From Vicugna vicugna (taxonomy: Eukaryota), in NCBI GenBank assembly GCA_013265495.1, contig MU058463.1:2751523-2815522 (forward strand): DNA of 64,000 nt, given 5' to 3'. This document shows, piece after piece, positions 12,008 to 25,050 of this stretch. The notes under the pieces are model-generated. The model was not told the DNA's origin and did no database searches. It was given only the letters and a program-made list of their open reading frames with translations. The first letter of the stretch is position 1. Each line of letters starts with the position of its first letter. Position numbers and translations under genes: made by a program.

Positions 12008-12836
12008 TAAGGGCTAATGGGGTAAAGTGCATCCAGATTGTGGACTTTCTATTCTGTGTTTGGGCATGTCAGGGCTGACAGTAGAACAAGCCTGGGCGTG
12101 GTGATCGCCATACCAGGTTCTTAATCAGGTAACTGTTAAGTGATATTAACATTGGTCTCCAGAAATACTGGATAGACCATGCGTATAAACAACACAATGA
12201 ATCGTAAACATAAAAATAAGTCATCTGAGTTACATTCAGTGTTCACAATGCCTTGGTATGTCATTTGCAAGTGTGACAATGTACCCATTCCTCAAGATAA
12301 GTCAAATATAAATATAATCATTTAGTTCCTAATCATGTCCTATCAGGCACTCATGATCCTTCTTAATAGAGCTATAGCTTCAAATTTTCTGGGCCACTTC
12401 TCCACTATGTGAATCATTTTTCAAAATAACCACTAATAAGTAAATGAAAATATTATTCATTCCAATTCTCTAATCTTGATATTGAGCTACAAATTTTAAG
12501 TTTGTCTTTGCAGCTTTTTTTCCCTCAGCCACATTAACTTAAACTTTTGATGAATATGAAAGAAAATCTGTACCAGAACTCTGACCTTAAACTTCGCAAA
12601 TTACTTCCATGTGGTTGAGTATATCTAAAATAAAAGCAAACTCTCAATCTTAACAATGTTGAGGGAAAAACTTCAGTATTTGTCAAGGTTTTGAGAACTA
12701 GTTTTTTTCATCTAATTTGGTTTGGATAACTTGTGGATTGTGAGATGAAAATAATTCTATCAATAATTATATTGCTAATTGGTGACCCATTTAGATGCCA
12801 TGTTAGGCAGAACTAAAATAGAAAACTGTTTCACAG

Positions 12837-15572
12837 AGACAGTACAAGGAAGGAAAACTATAGACCAATATATCTGTCATAAATATAGACACAAAAATCC
12901 TTAAGAAAATACTAGCAAGTCAAATCCAAAAATATACCAAAAAAATTGTTTATCTTGATCAACTGGAATTTATTCCAGCCATTCAAGGCTGGTTCAACAC
13001 TCAACAATCAGTTAATGTAACCCATCACATCAACAGGTTAAAGAATAAAAAACATACAGTCATATCAGTGGACGCAGAAAAAGCATTTAACAAAGTCTAA
13101 TACCCACTCATGGTAAAAAGAAAAAAAAAACCTCAGCAATCTATAAATAGAGAGAAACTTCCTCAATTTGACAAAGAATATTTATAAAACTTCCAGATAA
13201 TATCATACTTAATGGTTAGGAACTAGGTGCTTTCCTGCTAAGATCAGGAAGAAACAAAGATATCCTCTTTCATCACTGCTTTTCAGCATCATACAGGGAG
13301 TCCTGGCAAATGCTATCAATAAAAGGAATTTTTTCTTTAGAAAAATAGGAAAAAGAAATGAGAGGTAGACTGATGGGAAAGGAAGAAATAAGACCACCTT
13401 TGTTCACAGATGGCATGATTATCTATGTAGAAAATCCCAAAGAATTAAAAAAGGGGGGAAAAAGCCCAAAACTCTTGAAACTAACAGGCTATTACAGCAA
13501 GGCTGCAAGATACAAGGTTAATATACAAGTTCAATTGCTTTCCTAAATGCCAGCCGTGGACAACTGAATTTTGAAATTAAAAACACAACACTATTTACAT
13601 TAGCACCAAATTAATGAAACATCTGGGTATAAATCTAACAAAATATGTATAAAACTATGTAATTCTAATGAGCAAAATCAAAGATCTAAAGCAATGGAAA
13701 GATAGTCCATGTACATAGATGGGAAGACTCAATTTCGCTAAGAAGTCAGTTCCTCCCCAAGTTGACCTATAGTTTCAGTGCAGTCAAAATCAAAATCCCA
13801 TCAAGTTACTTTGTGGATCTCCACCAACTGATTCTAAAGTTTATATGGAGTGGAGAAGGATCCAGAGAGGCAACACAACATTGAAATAGAAGAACAAAAT
13901 CAGAGGACTGACACTGCTCCACTTCAACATTTACCATAAAGCTGTATTAATCAACACACATGGTATTGGTGAGGGGACAGGAGGTAGGTCAATGGGACAG
14001 AAGAGAGAGCCAAGAAATAGATTCACACAAATATAGTCAACTGATCTTTGACAAAGTAGCAAAAGCAAATCAAAGGAGAAAGGATAGTATTTTCAACAAA
14101 TGGTGCTGAACATACAAATGCAAAAAAAAGGAAAAAACAAAACACTGACCTTACACCTTTCACAAAAATTAACTCAAAATTGATCACAGACCTAAATGTA
14201 AAATGCAAAACTATAAAACTTCTTGGAGAAAGCCTAGAAGAAAAATCTAGTTGATCTTGGATTTGGTAATAAATTTTAGATATAACACCGAAAGAATCCA
14301 TGAAAGAAAAATATTACTAGGTTAGATTTCATTCAAATTAAAAATTTCTGATCTACAAAAGACACTATTAAGAAAATGAAAAGAAGCCACAAACTGGGAA
14401 AAAAATTTGTAAAAAAAATGTGTCTGATAAAAGGCTTGTATCCAAAATATCCAAAGAATTCTTAAGGGAAAAACAAACAATCCAAGGAAAAAGTAGGTAA
14501 AACATCTGAATAGACACCTCACCAAAGAAGATACACAGATAACAAAGAAGCATATCAAAAGATGTTTAGCATCATTGCATCATTACGAAACTGCAAATGG
14601 AAATAACAATGAGGTATCTTCAGTCCTACTATGTAGCACAGGGAACTATATTCAATATCTTGTAATAACCTGCCTACCTATTAGAATGACTAAAATCCAA
14701 AACATTCACAAAAACAAATGTTGGAGAGAATATGGAGCATGAGAAATTCTTATTCACTGCCAGAGGGAATATAAAATGGCACAGCCACTTTAAAAGACAG
14801 TTTGGAATTTTGTACAAAGCTAAACACATTCTTACCATATGATTCAGCAATTGCACACCTAGGTATTTACTGAAGTGAATTGAAGACTTATGTCCACACA
14901 AAATCTACACAAGAATGTTTATAGCATCTTTATTTACAATTCTAAAAATTGGAAGCAAACCGCATGTCCTTCAAGAGACAAATGGGTAAACAAATTGTGG
15001 TACATCTATAATGGAATATTATTCTGAAAAAAAAGAAAAAGAAATGAGTTAGCAAGCCGAAAAAAAGACAGGAAGGAAACTTTGTGTATATTTCTAAGAG
15101 AAAGAAACCAATCAGAAAAGTCTCCATACTGTCCAATCCCAACTATATGACAATCTGAAAAAGGCAAAACCATGAAGACAGTAAAACCATCAGCGGTTGC
15201 CAGGAGATGGGAGGAGGGTGCAGAAGAGGGAAGGATGAATAGTGGAGCACAGGGGATTTTGGGGGCACAGAACTATTCTGTCTGAGACTTAATATTGGCG
15301 GGTACTTAATATTATCCATTTGGCAAAACCCATAGGACTGTACAACACTAAGAGTAACCCTAATGCAAACTATAGATTTTGGTTAATATTAGTGTATCAA
15401 TATTGGCTCATTGATTGTAACAAATGCACGGTAGCAATGCAAGACGTTAATAGGGGAAACAGAATCAGGGGAAAGGGGGGGACACAGGGTGTGTATATAG
15501 ACTCTTGGTACTTTCTGTTCAATTTTTCTGTAAATCTAAAACCTCTAGAAAAATAAATTTTATTCATAAAAA
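12837..15572 (+). mobile_element. Old L1 (L1MC-like), decayed ORF2 RT to C-terminus plus 3'UTR
   Basis: ORF2 remnants (e.g. LFTDGMIIYVENPK, a decayed version of the RT FADD motif, in ORF 13358-13546), many frameshifts, L1MC-type 3'UTR ending in aataaa. Confidence 0.9.
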
Positions 15573-16984
15573 CATCTATCCGATTCCTAAAAATCCTTGA
15601 TCACACTTCAATTAAATAAATGAATAAAGTAGAAAGTCTACTGATTGAATGTATTTAGTAAAATTATAAAACTGAGTATTAGATATTCCACAGAGAGAGT
15701 ATCATATAAAATCCAATGCTAACTGAACAGATTAACCCCTCCACATGTGAACGCAGGTGCACACACACATAGATACAGACAGACTCACAGAATCCACGTG
15801 GTCAAATTAAGGTTCAGTGAAGTCAATTCAGAATAGCAGATTGCACAAAAGGAAGAGATTAGAGATTCTTTTAGTAACCTGTTAAGGTAAAATGAAAACT
15901 GAAGCGTCACAGTGTTTATCTGTTTGCTAACCAACTGAAGTCTGTCATGCAACAGCGTCTGTACTCTTCACAAATCATTTGCAGTTGCCCTTAAATTTTA
16001 GCTATACTATCTTAGCCAAATAGCTAACAAGAATAAATGGGGTCAGCTCTAAAGAGAAGAAGAGATTCTGGGGATGCGGGGTTGGAAGAACACTACTGAT
16101 TGATGTGCTATTGGCCAGAAGTCACCAGTGGTCAAATGTCAGCCTTGGGGCATGTTGAGCAGCGGTCCTCAAGGGGTCAGTCCCGCCCCTGGTGCTGTTT
16201 GCTGTTTCCTCGAGGACTCCGACCACATGCTCTAGATGCGTTGCTAAGCTCATCCGTGTATTACCAAAAGTCATTCATAATCTCTCTGATATGGTGGAGA
16301 AATAGGAAGGCGTTAAAGCAGGGCGACGGAGAGGAGGAAAGTGCGAGACAATTTATTTTAGAAAACAAATTCCCTGGATGGACCATGGAGCGGCGCTACT
16401 TTGAAAGCTCCATCCAGGCCCTGCCTTTGTTACTTTGGCTGCCAGGCTGTCCCAACGGGAGCCTGAGCAGGGTCTCTACTCTCTGCAGCGAAGCCATCTG
16501 AGACATTCCTGCCTAGCCTGGGCCCCGATGACAAGGCTGGAATGGACAGGCCTGGGACAGATCCCTCAGTGACCTTGACATGTAAATTGGCAAAATCTTT
16601 AGCCTGCACGTGCCTGTGAGCTGTGAGTACTGGAGGCTGCAGGCATCTCAAGCAGATCAGCTGGGATAAAAATGTTCATGATGTCCAGAATCTCTCTGAT
16701 GACAAAAAGCAATACATTAACTAGTTAGCTTAATAAATATATATATTTCTTATTGCTTAAAAAGACAAAATTGTCTACAGTTACAATTTTCTTTCTTGTT
16801 ATACTGTACCTATCAGTGATATAGTAATAAGGAGCATACGAATTCTGAAAATTTAAGAAAAACATTATGAATTAGGCTCCACTTGGGACCTAAGCTTTGG
16901 AAAATGGGAAGTATACATCTAAAACAAGAGAGAGGCATTTTCTTTAAAAATACTAATAAAAAATATAACCCAAACAGTACCTAT

Positions 16985-17166
16985 GTTCGGCACTATTGCT
17001 CTCTTGGGTGGGTTGACTCTGTTGCAGGAGCTGGCCTGTGCATTGCGGGATGTTTAGCAATATCGCTGCCTCCACCCAATGCAGGCAGCAGCACCGCCTC
17101 CATGGATGTAACCATAACACGCCTGACAAATGTCCCCGGGCAACTGTCCCCTTACTGTGAACACAG
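16985..17166 (-). mobile_element. MER20 DNA transposon
   Basis: 'ggcactattg...cctgtgcattgcgggatgtttagca...acaaatgtcccc'. Confidence 0.7.
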
Positions 17167-17249
17167 CTGTGAAAAGGAGAAGCAATAGATATCCAAAAGC
17201 TCATTTCTGAATGAAGTTAAACTACAGTAAGTTTTTGTCAAAATCAATT

Positions 17250-17345
17250 ACACTAAGTAACTTTGTCAAAATCAGAAAGCAAATAAGAGAAAGATTCAGG
17301 ATTAGAACCCAAGTCTTCTGGCTCCGAGCCCTGGCTCTTTTATGA
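17250..17345 (-). mobile_element. MIR fragment
   Basis: 'aagtaactttgtcaaaatca...caggattagaacccaagtcttctggctcc'. Confidence 0.55.
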
Positions 17346-17794
17346 CTTAATTCTGCTGCTCTGAATTCTGGAGACCTGGACAAAGTCCAGACGAGCAGGC
17401 TCGGAGAGTGCATTTCCAACAACCTAGTTACATGGGTCATCTTTGAACATCCTGTGGGTGATTGCTGTGGTCCTGGAGTCTCTCAGGAGCTGGGCAAATA
17501 ATACACTCTGAAGCTCTCGGGACAGAGATTCCTTACTACTTCAAGGGTAAGGACAGGATGGTGAGAGGGAAAAGGAGAAGTCTGTGTAGGCAGTGAACCC
17601 CCAGAGTGGAAAGCAATTTTAATTTGCTGATGTAATTTCAGAAAATCCACAGTAGATCAATGAATGCTTCGGGGGAGGGAGCAAGAACACCTTGCACAGA
17701 AGATAATAAAAGCCTCTGTTTGTCACGTAATCATAAACGTAACAATTGCGTTTCCGTAAATTAATCTGACCCAAGCCTCAAAAAAGAGTGAGTG

Positions 17795-18875
17795 AACCCT
17801 GAAAGCCCAGAGGTAAAAGTAAAAATTGATAAATTGGATTCTGTCAAAATCTCTAAAATTTTGTTTCATAAGACACCATCAAGAAAGTAAAAAGACCAAA
17901 AAAAGAAAGAAAAAGTAACCCACAGAATGGGAGATTTTGCAAATCATATATACAAGAAAGGACTTGTATCCAGATTATTTACAAAACCCTTTGAACTCAA
18001 TAATAAAAAGATAAATAACTTAATTTTAAAATGGGCAAAGGATTTGAATAGACAATCAACTCTGTATATTTACTGGTAAATAGAAAATATATATATGGCC
18101 AATAAGCACATAAAAAGGTGCTTAACCTCATTATTCATTAGGGAAATGCAAATCAAAACCATAATGAGGTGCTAGCTCACCCAATAAAACCGATATAATC
18201 AAAAAGAGACAATAATAAGTGTTGGCAAGGATGCAGGGAAGCCTGAGCCTCATACATTCCTGGTGGCAACATAAGCTGGAGAAGCCACTTTGGAAAGCGT
18301 GTTGGTATTTTCTTAAAAGGCTAAACACAAACTCATCCTTCCACTCAGCAATTCCACTGTGAGGAATCTATCAAAAAGAAATGAAAACATGTCCACACAA
18401 AAACTTGTACACTAATGTTCACAGCTGTATTAGTCACACAAGCCAAAAAGTAGAAATAATGCAAATGTCCATCAACAATGAAAGAAAGTACGATGGAAAA
18501 TCACCAGCAATAAAAAGGAGAGAGATACTGATACATGCTATAACGTGGCTGAACCTCAAAAACATGTTAAGCAAAAAAAAAAAGCCATATACAAAAAGAT
18601 CACATATTATATCATTTTATCTATATAAAATGTCCAAAAAAGGGAATATCAGAAGACAGAGTAGGTTAGTCATTGCCGAGGACTGAGACTGGGAATGAGG
18701 AACGGTTGTAATTACATCCAAGATTCCTTTTTGGGGTAATAGAAATGTTCTAAAATTATACCGTGGTGATAGCTGTACAACTCTGTAAACGTATTAAAAT
18801 TCATTGAACTGGACACTTGAAAATGGGTGAATTTATGGTATCTAAATTATATTTGAATGAAACTTTAAAAAATTA
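17795..18875 (+). mobile_element. Old L1 (L1MB-like) ORF2 3' part and 3'UTR
   Basis: 'tcattagggaaatgcaaatcaaaaccataatgag', 'aatgaaaacatgtccacacaaaaacttgtac', tail 'aaattcattgaactggacactt'. Confidence 0.85.
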
Positions 18876-19599
18876 AGATAAATGAAACAGCATTTTCATG
18901 AAACTGGGAGAAAAGAGTCGTAAGATGTGTCTAACAAGGTGTGTACCTCATCCTCGCAAAAGTGGGTGAAATCTGAATTTTTGAACTTAAAAAGAGTGAG
19001 GAGTAAAAGAAGTTAACATGACATTCCCAAGAGAACATTCCTCTGTGTGTATCATTACCAACAGATATTAGGAGGTTATTATAGTATTTAAATCAATTGT
19101 CAGGTAGAGAGCTAGAAGGTTTTGATAAGAGTCCTTTATTACAGTGAGCATAATTATAGAACAATTTATATTCCATATCAGTTAGTTTCAAATGGCGGTG
19201 CCCCCAGAGGAACCAAAAAAAAAAAATGTGTGTCTGAAGTTCAAATAGCAAAACATTGTGCCAAAAGACTGAGTAAGGAAAAAAAGAGCATGATTTCAAA
19301 GTGGCTAGAGCAGGTCTGCAAACAGAAGTGATGGCACGGCAATTTCTTTGCAAATGCAGAGTGTAAAAGATAAGGTGAACATAATACGCTGCTGTGGGTA
19401 GACGACAGCAGAAGGAAAGACGGTCATCAATTTGTTCAAAGTCTCCTGTGAGTCTTGATTGTTGGGGAAGCTCAAGGGCTTCCTTACTATGACTATAACG
19501 TATCCTTCCAGTTTTCAACATCCTTCAGAAGTGTCACTCCACCTCTGTGTGCTCTGGACCCCGGCTGCTCCCCTTTTTTTTCTCTGTACACCATGTACT

Positions 19600-19950
19600 T
19601 TATCCATCTCAACCCACCCGTGTCCTTCAGTGTGCTGTGTCCCTCCCCAGTCGTCACCTATTGAAATCCTACTCCATTCTCAAAGCCCAGCCTTCAAGTC
19701 CCCTTCTACCACGATGTTCCTTTAGATCCCCTTACTGGAAATAAATCTCCCTTCTATGTTCCCACAGCACTCTGTGTATTTCTCCTGAGATTTATCCTAT
19801 TTTTATGTTACAGCTCTCTGTACAACTGTCTTATCTTCCTGCAATATTATTATAAACTAGTTCAGGGAAGCAGCTGTGCTTACTGCCTCTATATTCCTGC
19901 CTTTCATTTGCCTGAAAAAGGGCGAAGCTCTCAATACATTCTGAGTGAAA
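19600..19950 (+). mobile_element. L2 3' fragment
   Basis: 'aatcctactccattctcaaagcccagc...ctctcaatacattctgagtgaa'. Confidence 0.55.
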
Positions 19951-20689
19951 TGTCCAAAATAAGGAGTAAGGAACATCCCACTTTGAAACAACTAATGAAA
20001 TCTAAAATCTACGTCCCATACCCGTTAGCTTCTAATAACAGTGCCCAAAGAAGCCAAATCAAATTACCAAATTAGAAGTGATAACAGGTAACTTTCTACA
20101 TATTTATTGCAATTAGCTAGGCTGTTAGGCAATGGTGGCTAAATACAGTAAAAGATGAGATTTTAAACCTAATAACAGCAAAACTCGTAAGTATCCCTTT
20201 AAAAATTGTAGAAATTGATTTAAATTCTAACATTATGGAGGTTTGAACAATGTAACAAAATTAAACTATGTAACAAAATTAAATAAATCGGGGGCCTTAG
20301 AAATATTGAGGCTAGAAAACAACATAAAACAATTATTCCATGAAAAGTGTTCATTTCATTTATAGCATTTAGCAGTACAGTCAGAGGAAAGTTTTAAAAT
20401 AATGAAAAGGGAACAAAATATAAAAACCTATTTGCAGTAATAAGAAAGACTCTTCAGGGGTACACATTTACATATTCAAGTAGTTAACCAAGCAAACAAT
20501 CAAAATATCTTTAGCATAATATATGCCAGAAACCGGCACTAGGTGTTGAGGAAACAAACAAAAAGACAATAGATATATTGAAATGTGAGTGAATTAAAAA
20601 ATAAGGTAAATTTTAGATTCTCTAATGGGTACAGTAGAACCTCAAACAAGCCTTCATAGTCAATTCTACCCTTGCAGTTAGATGGTGGT

Positions 20690-21540
20690 TCAGAAATGGT
20701 TATATGGAGGAGGGAACCCTTGAGTTTATTCTGAAAAATCCTGAAGGTGAAGTAGGCTGTCATGGGGAAAGAGAAAATGGAAAAGGGTTCCTTCTAGAAA
20801 AAATTTAGGAGCAAAGGCACAAAACTGGGGACCCATCAATGTATCCTAGGACCTACAAACAGATCATTATATCTGAAGCCAAGGTGCAAAGGGAGATGCA
20901 GAAAGAAGGTAGTCAGAGAGCTTTGCTAAGCTGAGAAGTTTGTACTTCAGGCTATGTGGACCCTTTGAAGAGTTTTAAGTCGGCCGTAATACTGTTATAC
21001 TTGCATTTTGGAGGAAGCACTTTGGTGGGAGGAAGATGGATTAGAGGGAAACAAGACTAGGAGAAGGGATGTAATTAGAAGACATACAGAATTCTAGACT
21101 AGAGATGATGGAGGCATGGCCTGTGGTAGTGAGGGTTAAGAGAGGCGACAAATTAGAGATATATTTAGGAAGCTGATTCAACAGGACACAGTGATTAATG
21201 GCAAGTGGAGAAGGGACAATGAGGAGTGAGGATTTTGGGTTAAGCAATTGGGGCATGTCATTTTGTGTTGCAGGAAAAATGAGTGGTTAATGGGAAGATG
21301 ATGAATTTTATTTCAGACATCTTAGGTTTGAAGAAAATGTGAGACACTGAAGTGTCAGTTTCTAGTAGGCAATTGGATTAATGTGTCTGGAGGTGAGAGA
21401 GAGGTAAGGCTAGAATTAGACATTTAAGACTCAACTTATATTTGTTAATTTAGCCCATGGTAGAGGGTGAGATTTCCAAGGTCAATGTGTACAGTCTGAA
21501 GAGAACTGAGACTTGGAAGGAACTTCAGGATCTGAACTAG
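20690..21540 (-). mobile_element. L2 fragment
   Basis: Purine-rich L2 antisense text, e.g. 'ttgcattttggaggaagcactttggtggg', 'gatgatgaattttatttcagacat'. Confidence 0.65.
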
Positions 21541-21989
21541 GATTCAGACAGCATCCAGCCACAAAGTGGAAGAGAGACCACTACTTCAAAGGAAATGCTT
21601 TTGCAAGGCCATGCCTGCTGTAACACTTACCTTGGCCCCCAACAGAATTTTATCCCTCACTAATCTAAGTCTAGTAGAACCCTTCCTAACCCTTCTTTGT
21701 CAATGTTTTAGCAAGTGCTGCTTGTTAACTTCTCTTCCTAGGAGTCTTAGTTCTTTAGGAGCAGAGCATGGACAACTTTATCTATCCTTAAGATAAGAAA
21801 AATTCTTTAGACAATCCCCTGACACAGGAAAAAAAGTGCAAATGCTTCTATTCCCATTAGAAAATTAAAATATGTCCATGTCTTTTCCCCCTATGTCACA
21901 GTTTTAAAATACTGCACCCTGCTTAACTTAACTAATTTATTAAAAAGTATTCATTAAGAGTCTACCTTTTGCAATTAACAAATAACTAT

Positions 21990-22112
21990 ATGTTTTCATT
22001 CATATGGGAATCTAAAAAAGACAAAACCATAGAAACGGAGATATAAGGATGGTTGCCAGGAGCTGGTAGGTAGGGGAAACACGGAGATGTTGGTCAAAGT
22101 CTACAAAAATCA
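21990..22112 (+). mobile_element. L1MA-type 3'UTR, 5' part (interrupted)
   Basis: 'tatgggaatctaaaaaag...atggttgccaggagctgg...gagatgttggtcaaag'. Resumes after the insertions at 24229. Confidence 0.75.
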
Positions 22113-22291
22113 ATTTGCAGTGAGAATTAAATGAGATAAGTTTAGCACAGTATCTGGCACACAATAAACCATTATTAAACATCAGCTATTATTTATTATA
22201 TAATATTATTTGTTAATAATAGCTAATAAATAGCTGATTTTATAATACAATTACAAAATATAATAATAATATAATATAATTAGCTAAATAA
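22113..22291 (+). repeat. Local duplicate of 24966-25137 (MIR tail + AT-rich flank)
   Basis: First ~82 bp differ at only 2 positions from the copy at 24966. Confidence 0.9.
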
Positions 22292-22305
22292 GATAAATAA
22301 GTTCT

Positions 22306-24228
22306 TTTTTAACACTTTTTATTGATTTATAATCATTTTACAATGTTGTGTCAAATTCCAGTGTTCAGCACAATTTTTCAGTCCTTCATGGACATATACA
22401 CACTCATTGTCACATTTTTTTCTCTGTGATTTATCATAACATTTTGTGTATATTTCCCTGTGCTATACAGTGTAATCTTGTTTATCTATTCTACAATTTT
22501 GAAATCCCAGTCTATCCCTTCCCACCCTCTACCCCCCTGGTAACCACAAGTCTGTATTCTCTGTCCATGAGTCTATTTCTGTCCTATATTTATGCTTTGT
22601 TTTTGTTTGTTTGTTTTTGTTTTTGTTTTTTAGATTCCACATATGAGCGATCTCATATGGTATTTTTCTTTCTCTTTCTGGCTTACTTCACTTAGAATGA
22701 CATTCTCTAGGAGCATCCATGTTGCTGCAAATGGCATTATGTTGTCGGTTTTTATGGCTGAGTAGTATTCCATTGTATAAATATACCACCTCTTCTTTAT
22801 CCAGTCACCTGTTGATGGACATTTAGGCTGTTTCCATGTTTTGGCTATTGTAAATAGTGCTGCTATGAACATTGGGGTGCAGGTGTCATCCTGAAGTAGT
22901 TTTCCTTCTGGATACAAGCCCAGGAGTGGGATTCCTGGGTCATATGGTAAGTCTATTCCTAGTCTTTTGAGGAATCTCCACACTGTTTTCCATAGTGGCT
23001 GCACCAAACTGCATTCCCACCAGCAGTGTAGGAGGGTTCCCCTTTCTCCACAGCCTCTCCAGCATTTGTCATTTTTGGATTTTTGAATGACGGCCATTCT
23101 GACTGGTGTGAGGTGATACCTCATTGTAGTTTTGATTTGCATTTCTCTGATAATTAGTGATATTGAGCATTTTTTCATGTGCTTTTTGATCATTTGTATG
23201 TCTTCCTTGGAGAATTGCTTGTTTAGGTCTTCTGCCCATTTTTGGATTGGGTTGTTTATTTTTTTCTTATTGAGTCGTATGAGCTGCTTATATATTTTGG
23301 AGATCAAGCCTTTGTCGGTTTCACTTGCAAAAATTTTCTCCCATTCCGTAGGTTTTCTTCTTGTTTTATTTCTGGTTTCCTTTGCTCTGCAGAAGCTTGT
23401 AAGTTTCATTAGGTCCCATTTGTTTATTCTTGCTTTTATTTCTTCTAGGAGAAAATTTTTGAAATGTATGTCAGATAATGTTTTGCCTATGTTTTCCTCT
23501 AGGAGGTTTATTGTATCTTGTCTTATGTTTAAGTCTTTAATCCATTTTGAGTTGATTTTTGTATATGGTGTAAGGGTGTGTTCTAGCTTCATTGTTTTAC
23601 ATGCTGCTGTCCAGTTTTCCCAACACCATTTGCTGAAGAGACTGTCTTTATTCCATTGTATATTCTTGCCTCCTTTGTCGAAGATGAGTTGACCAAAAGT
23701 TTGTGGGTTCATTTCTGGGCTCTCTATTCTGTTCCATTGGTCTATATGTCTGTTTTGGTACCAATACCATGCTGTCTTGATGACTGTAGCTCTATAGTAT
23801 TGTCTGAAGTCTGGGAGAGTTATTCCTCCAGCCTCTTTCTTTCTCTTCAGTAATGCTTTAGCAATTCTAGGTCTTTGATGGTTCCATATAAATTTTATTA
23901 TGATTTGTTCTAGTTCTGTGAAATATGTCCTGGGTAATTGGATAGGGATTGCATTAAATCTGTAGATTGCCTTGGGCAGTGTGACCATTTTAACAATATT
24001 GATTCTTCCAATCCAAGAGCATGGAATATCTTTCCATTTTTTAAAGTCTTCTTTAATTTCCTTCATCAATGGTTTATAGTTTTCTGTGTATAATTCTTTC
24101 ACCTCCTTGGTTAGATTTATTCCCAGATATTTTATTACTTTGGGTGCTATTTTAAAGGGGATTGTTTCTTTACTTTCTTTTTCTGTTGATTTATCATTAG
24201 TGTAAAGAAATGCAACTGATTTTTGAAC
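22306..24228 (-). mobile_element. Young 5'-truncated LINE-1
   Basis: 15-bp TSD agataaataagttct at 22291-22305 and 24229-24243. Uninterrupted ORF2 frame, ~320-bp 3'UTR with aataaa, short A-tail. Confidence 0.97.
22630..24228 (-). pseudogene. L1 ORF2p C-terminal half (5'-truncated, no start codon, no EN or RT catalytic core)
   Basis: 490-aa ORF track plus 42 more open codons to the truncation point ([12 protein letters not shown]...[10 protein letters not shown]). Intact zinc knuckle [18 protein letters not shown]. Confidence 0.95.
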
Positions 24229-24468
24229 AGATAAATAAGTTCTGAGGATCTAATGTACAGTATGTGACTATAGTTAATACCCCATTACGTATTTGCAAGT
24301 TGCTAAGAGACTAGACCAATGTTCTCATTACAAAAAAAAAAAAAGTGATGGATGTGTTAACTCACCTTATCGTAGTAATCACTTCACAATGCACATGTGT
24401 ATCAAATCATTTCATTATATACCTTCAACTTGCATGGTGTAATATGTCAAGTATATCTCAATAAAGCT
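24229..24468 (+). mobile_element. L1MA-type 3'UTR, 3' part
   Basis: 'ataagttctgaggatctaatgtacagtatgtgactatagttaat...tatatctcaataaagctg'. Confidence 0.8.
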
Positions 24469-24814
24469 GTGGGGGGGCGGTGGGGAAGAAATTTCCTTGG
24501 GTCATTCCTTCTGAACTACCATGGCCATAGGAGTACAGTAAAATAAAAAGAATGCCACAATCAAACCATCAAATCAATGGGGAAAATAGAAATTTAAGAT
24601 TATCTGCAAGATGGAATATGACAGATCAGGACCCAGGGTGAAAGCAAAGACTCCAAGATCGATGCATACACAGGGTTTGCAGAATGTTCTTAAAGAAAAA
24701 GTTAAAAGATAGAGAGAAATCCAGATCAAGAACACAAGAGATGGAAATCAATTTGCCAAATAAATCTGGCCCACTAAAGAGAGGCAGAATGATTGAGGGC
24801 GGCAGAATAGAGAC

Positions 24815-25050
24815 AGATAAGATTGTTAGCTCTGGAGACAGACTCCTCCTGGCTGTGAACTCTTACTGCAGCTTCTTTTCTACCTTATATGATCCTGGAG
24901 GGTTTCCAGGACCTCTCTGCACCTCGGTTTCCTTATCTGCAAAATGGTGGTAATAATATCTACCTATTTGCAGTGAGAATTAAATGAGGTAAATTTAGCA
25001 CAGTATCTGGCACACAATAAACCATTATTAAACATCAGCTATTATTTATT
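24815..25050 (+). mobile_element. MIR SINE (source of the duplicate at 22113)
   Basis: 'acctctctgcacctcggtttccttatctgcaaaatgg...ttagcacagtatctggcacacaataa'. Confidence 0.85.

Noticed and set aside
20250..20283. Repeat of atgtaacaaaattaaa at 18-bp period
   Set aside because: Ordinary short tandem duplication with no further structure.
23132..23692. 186-aa hydrophobic plus-strand ORF
   Set aside because: Antisense shadow of L1 ORF2, not an independent gene.
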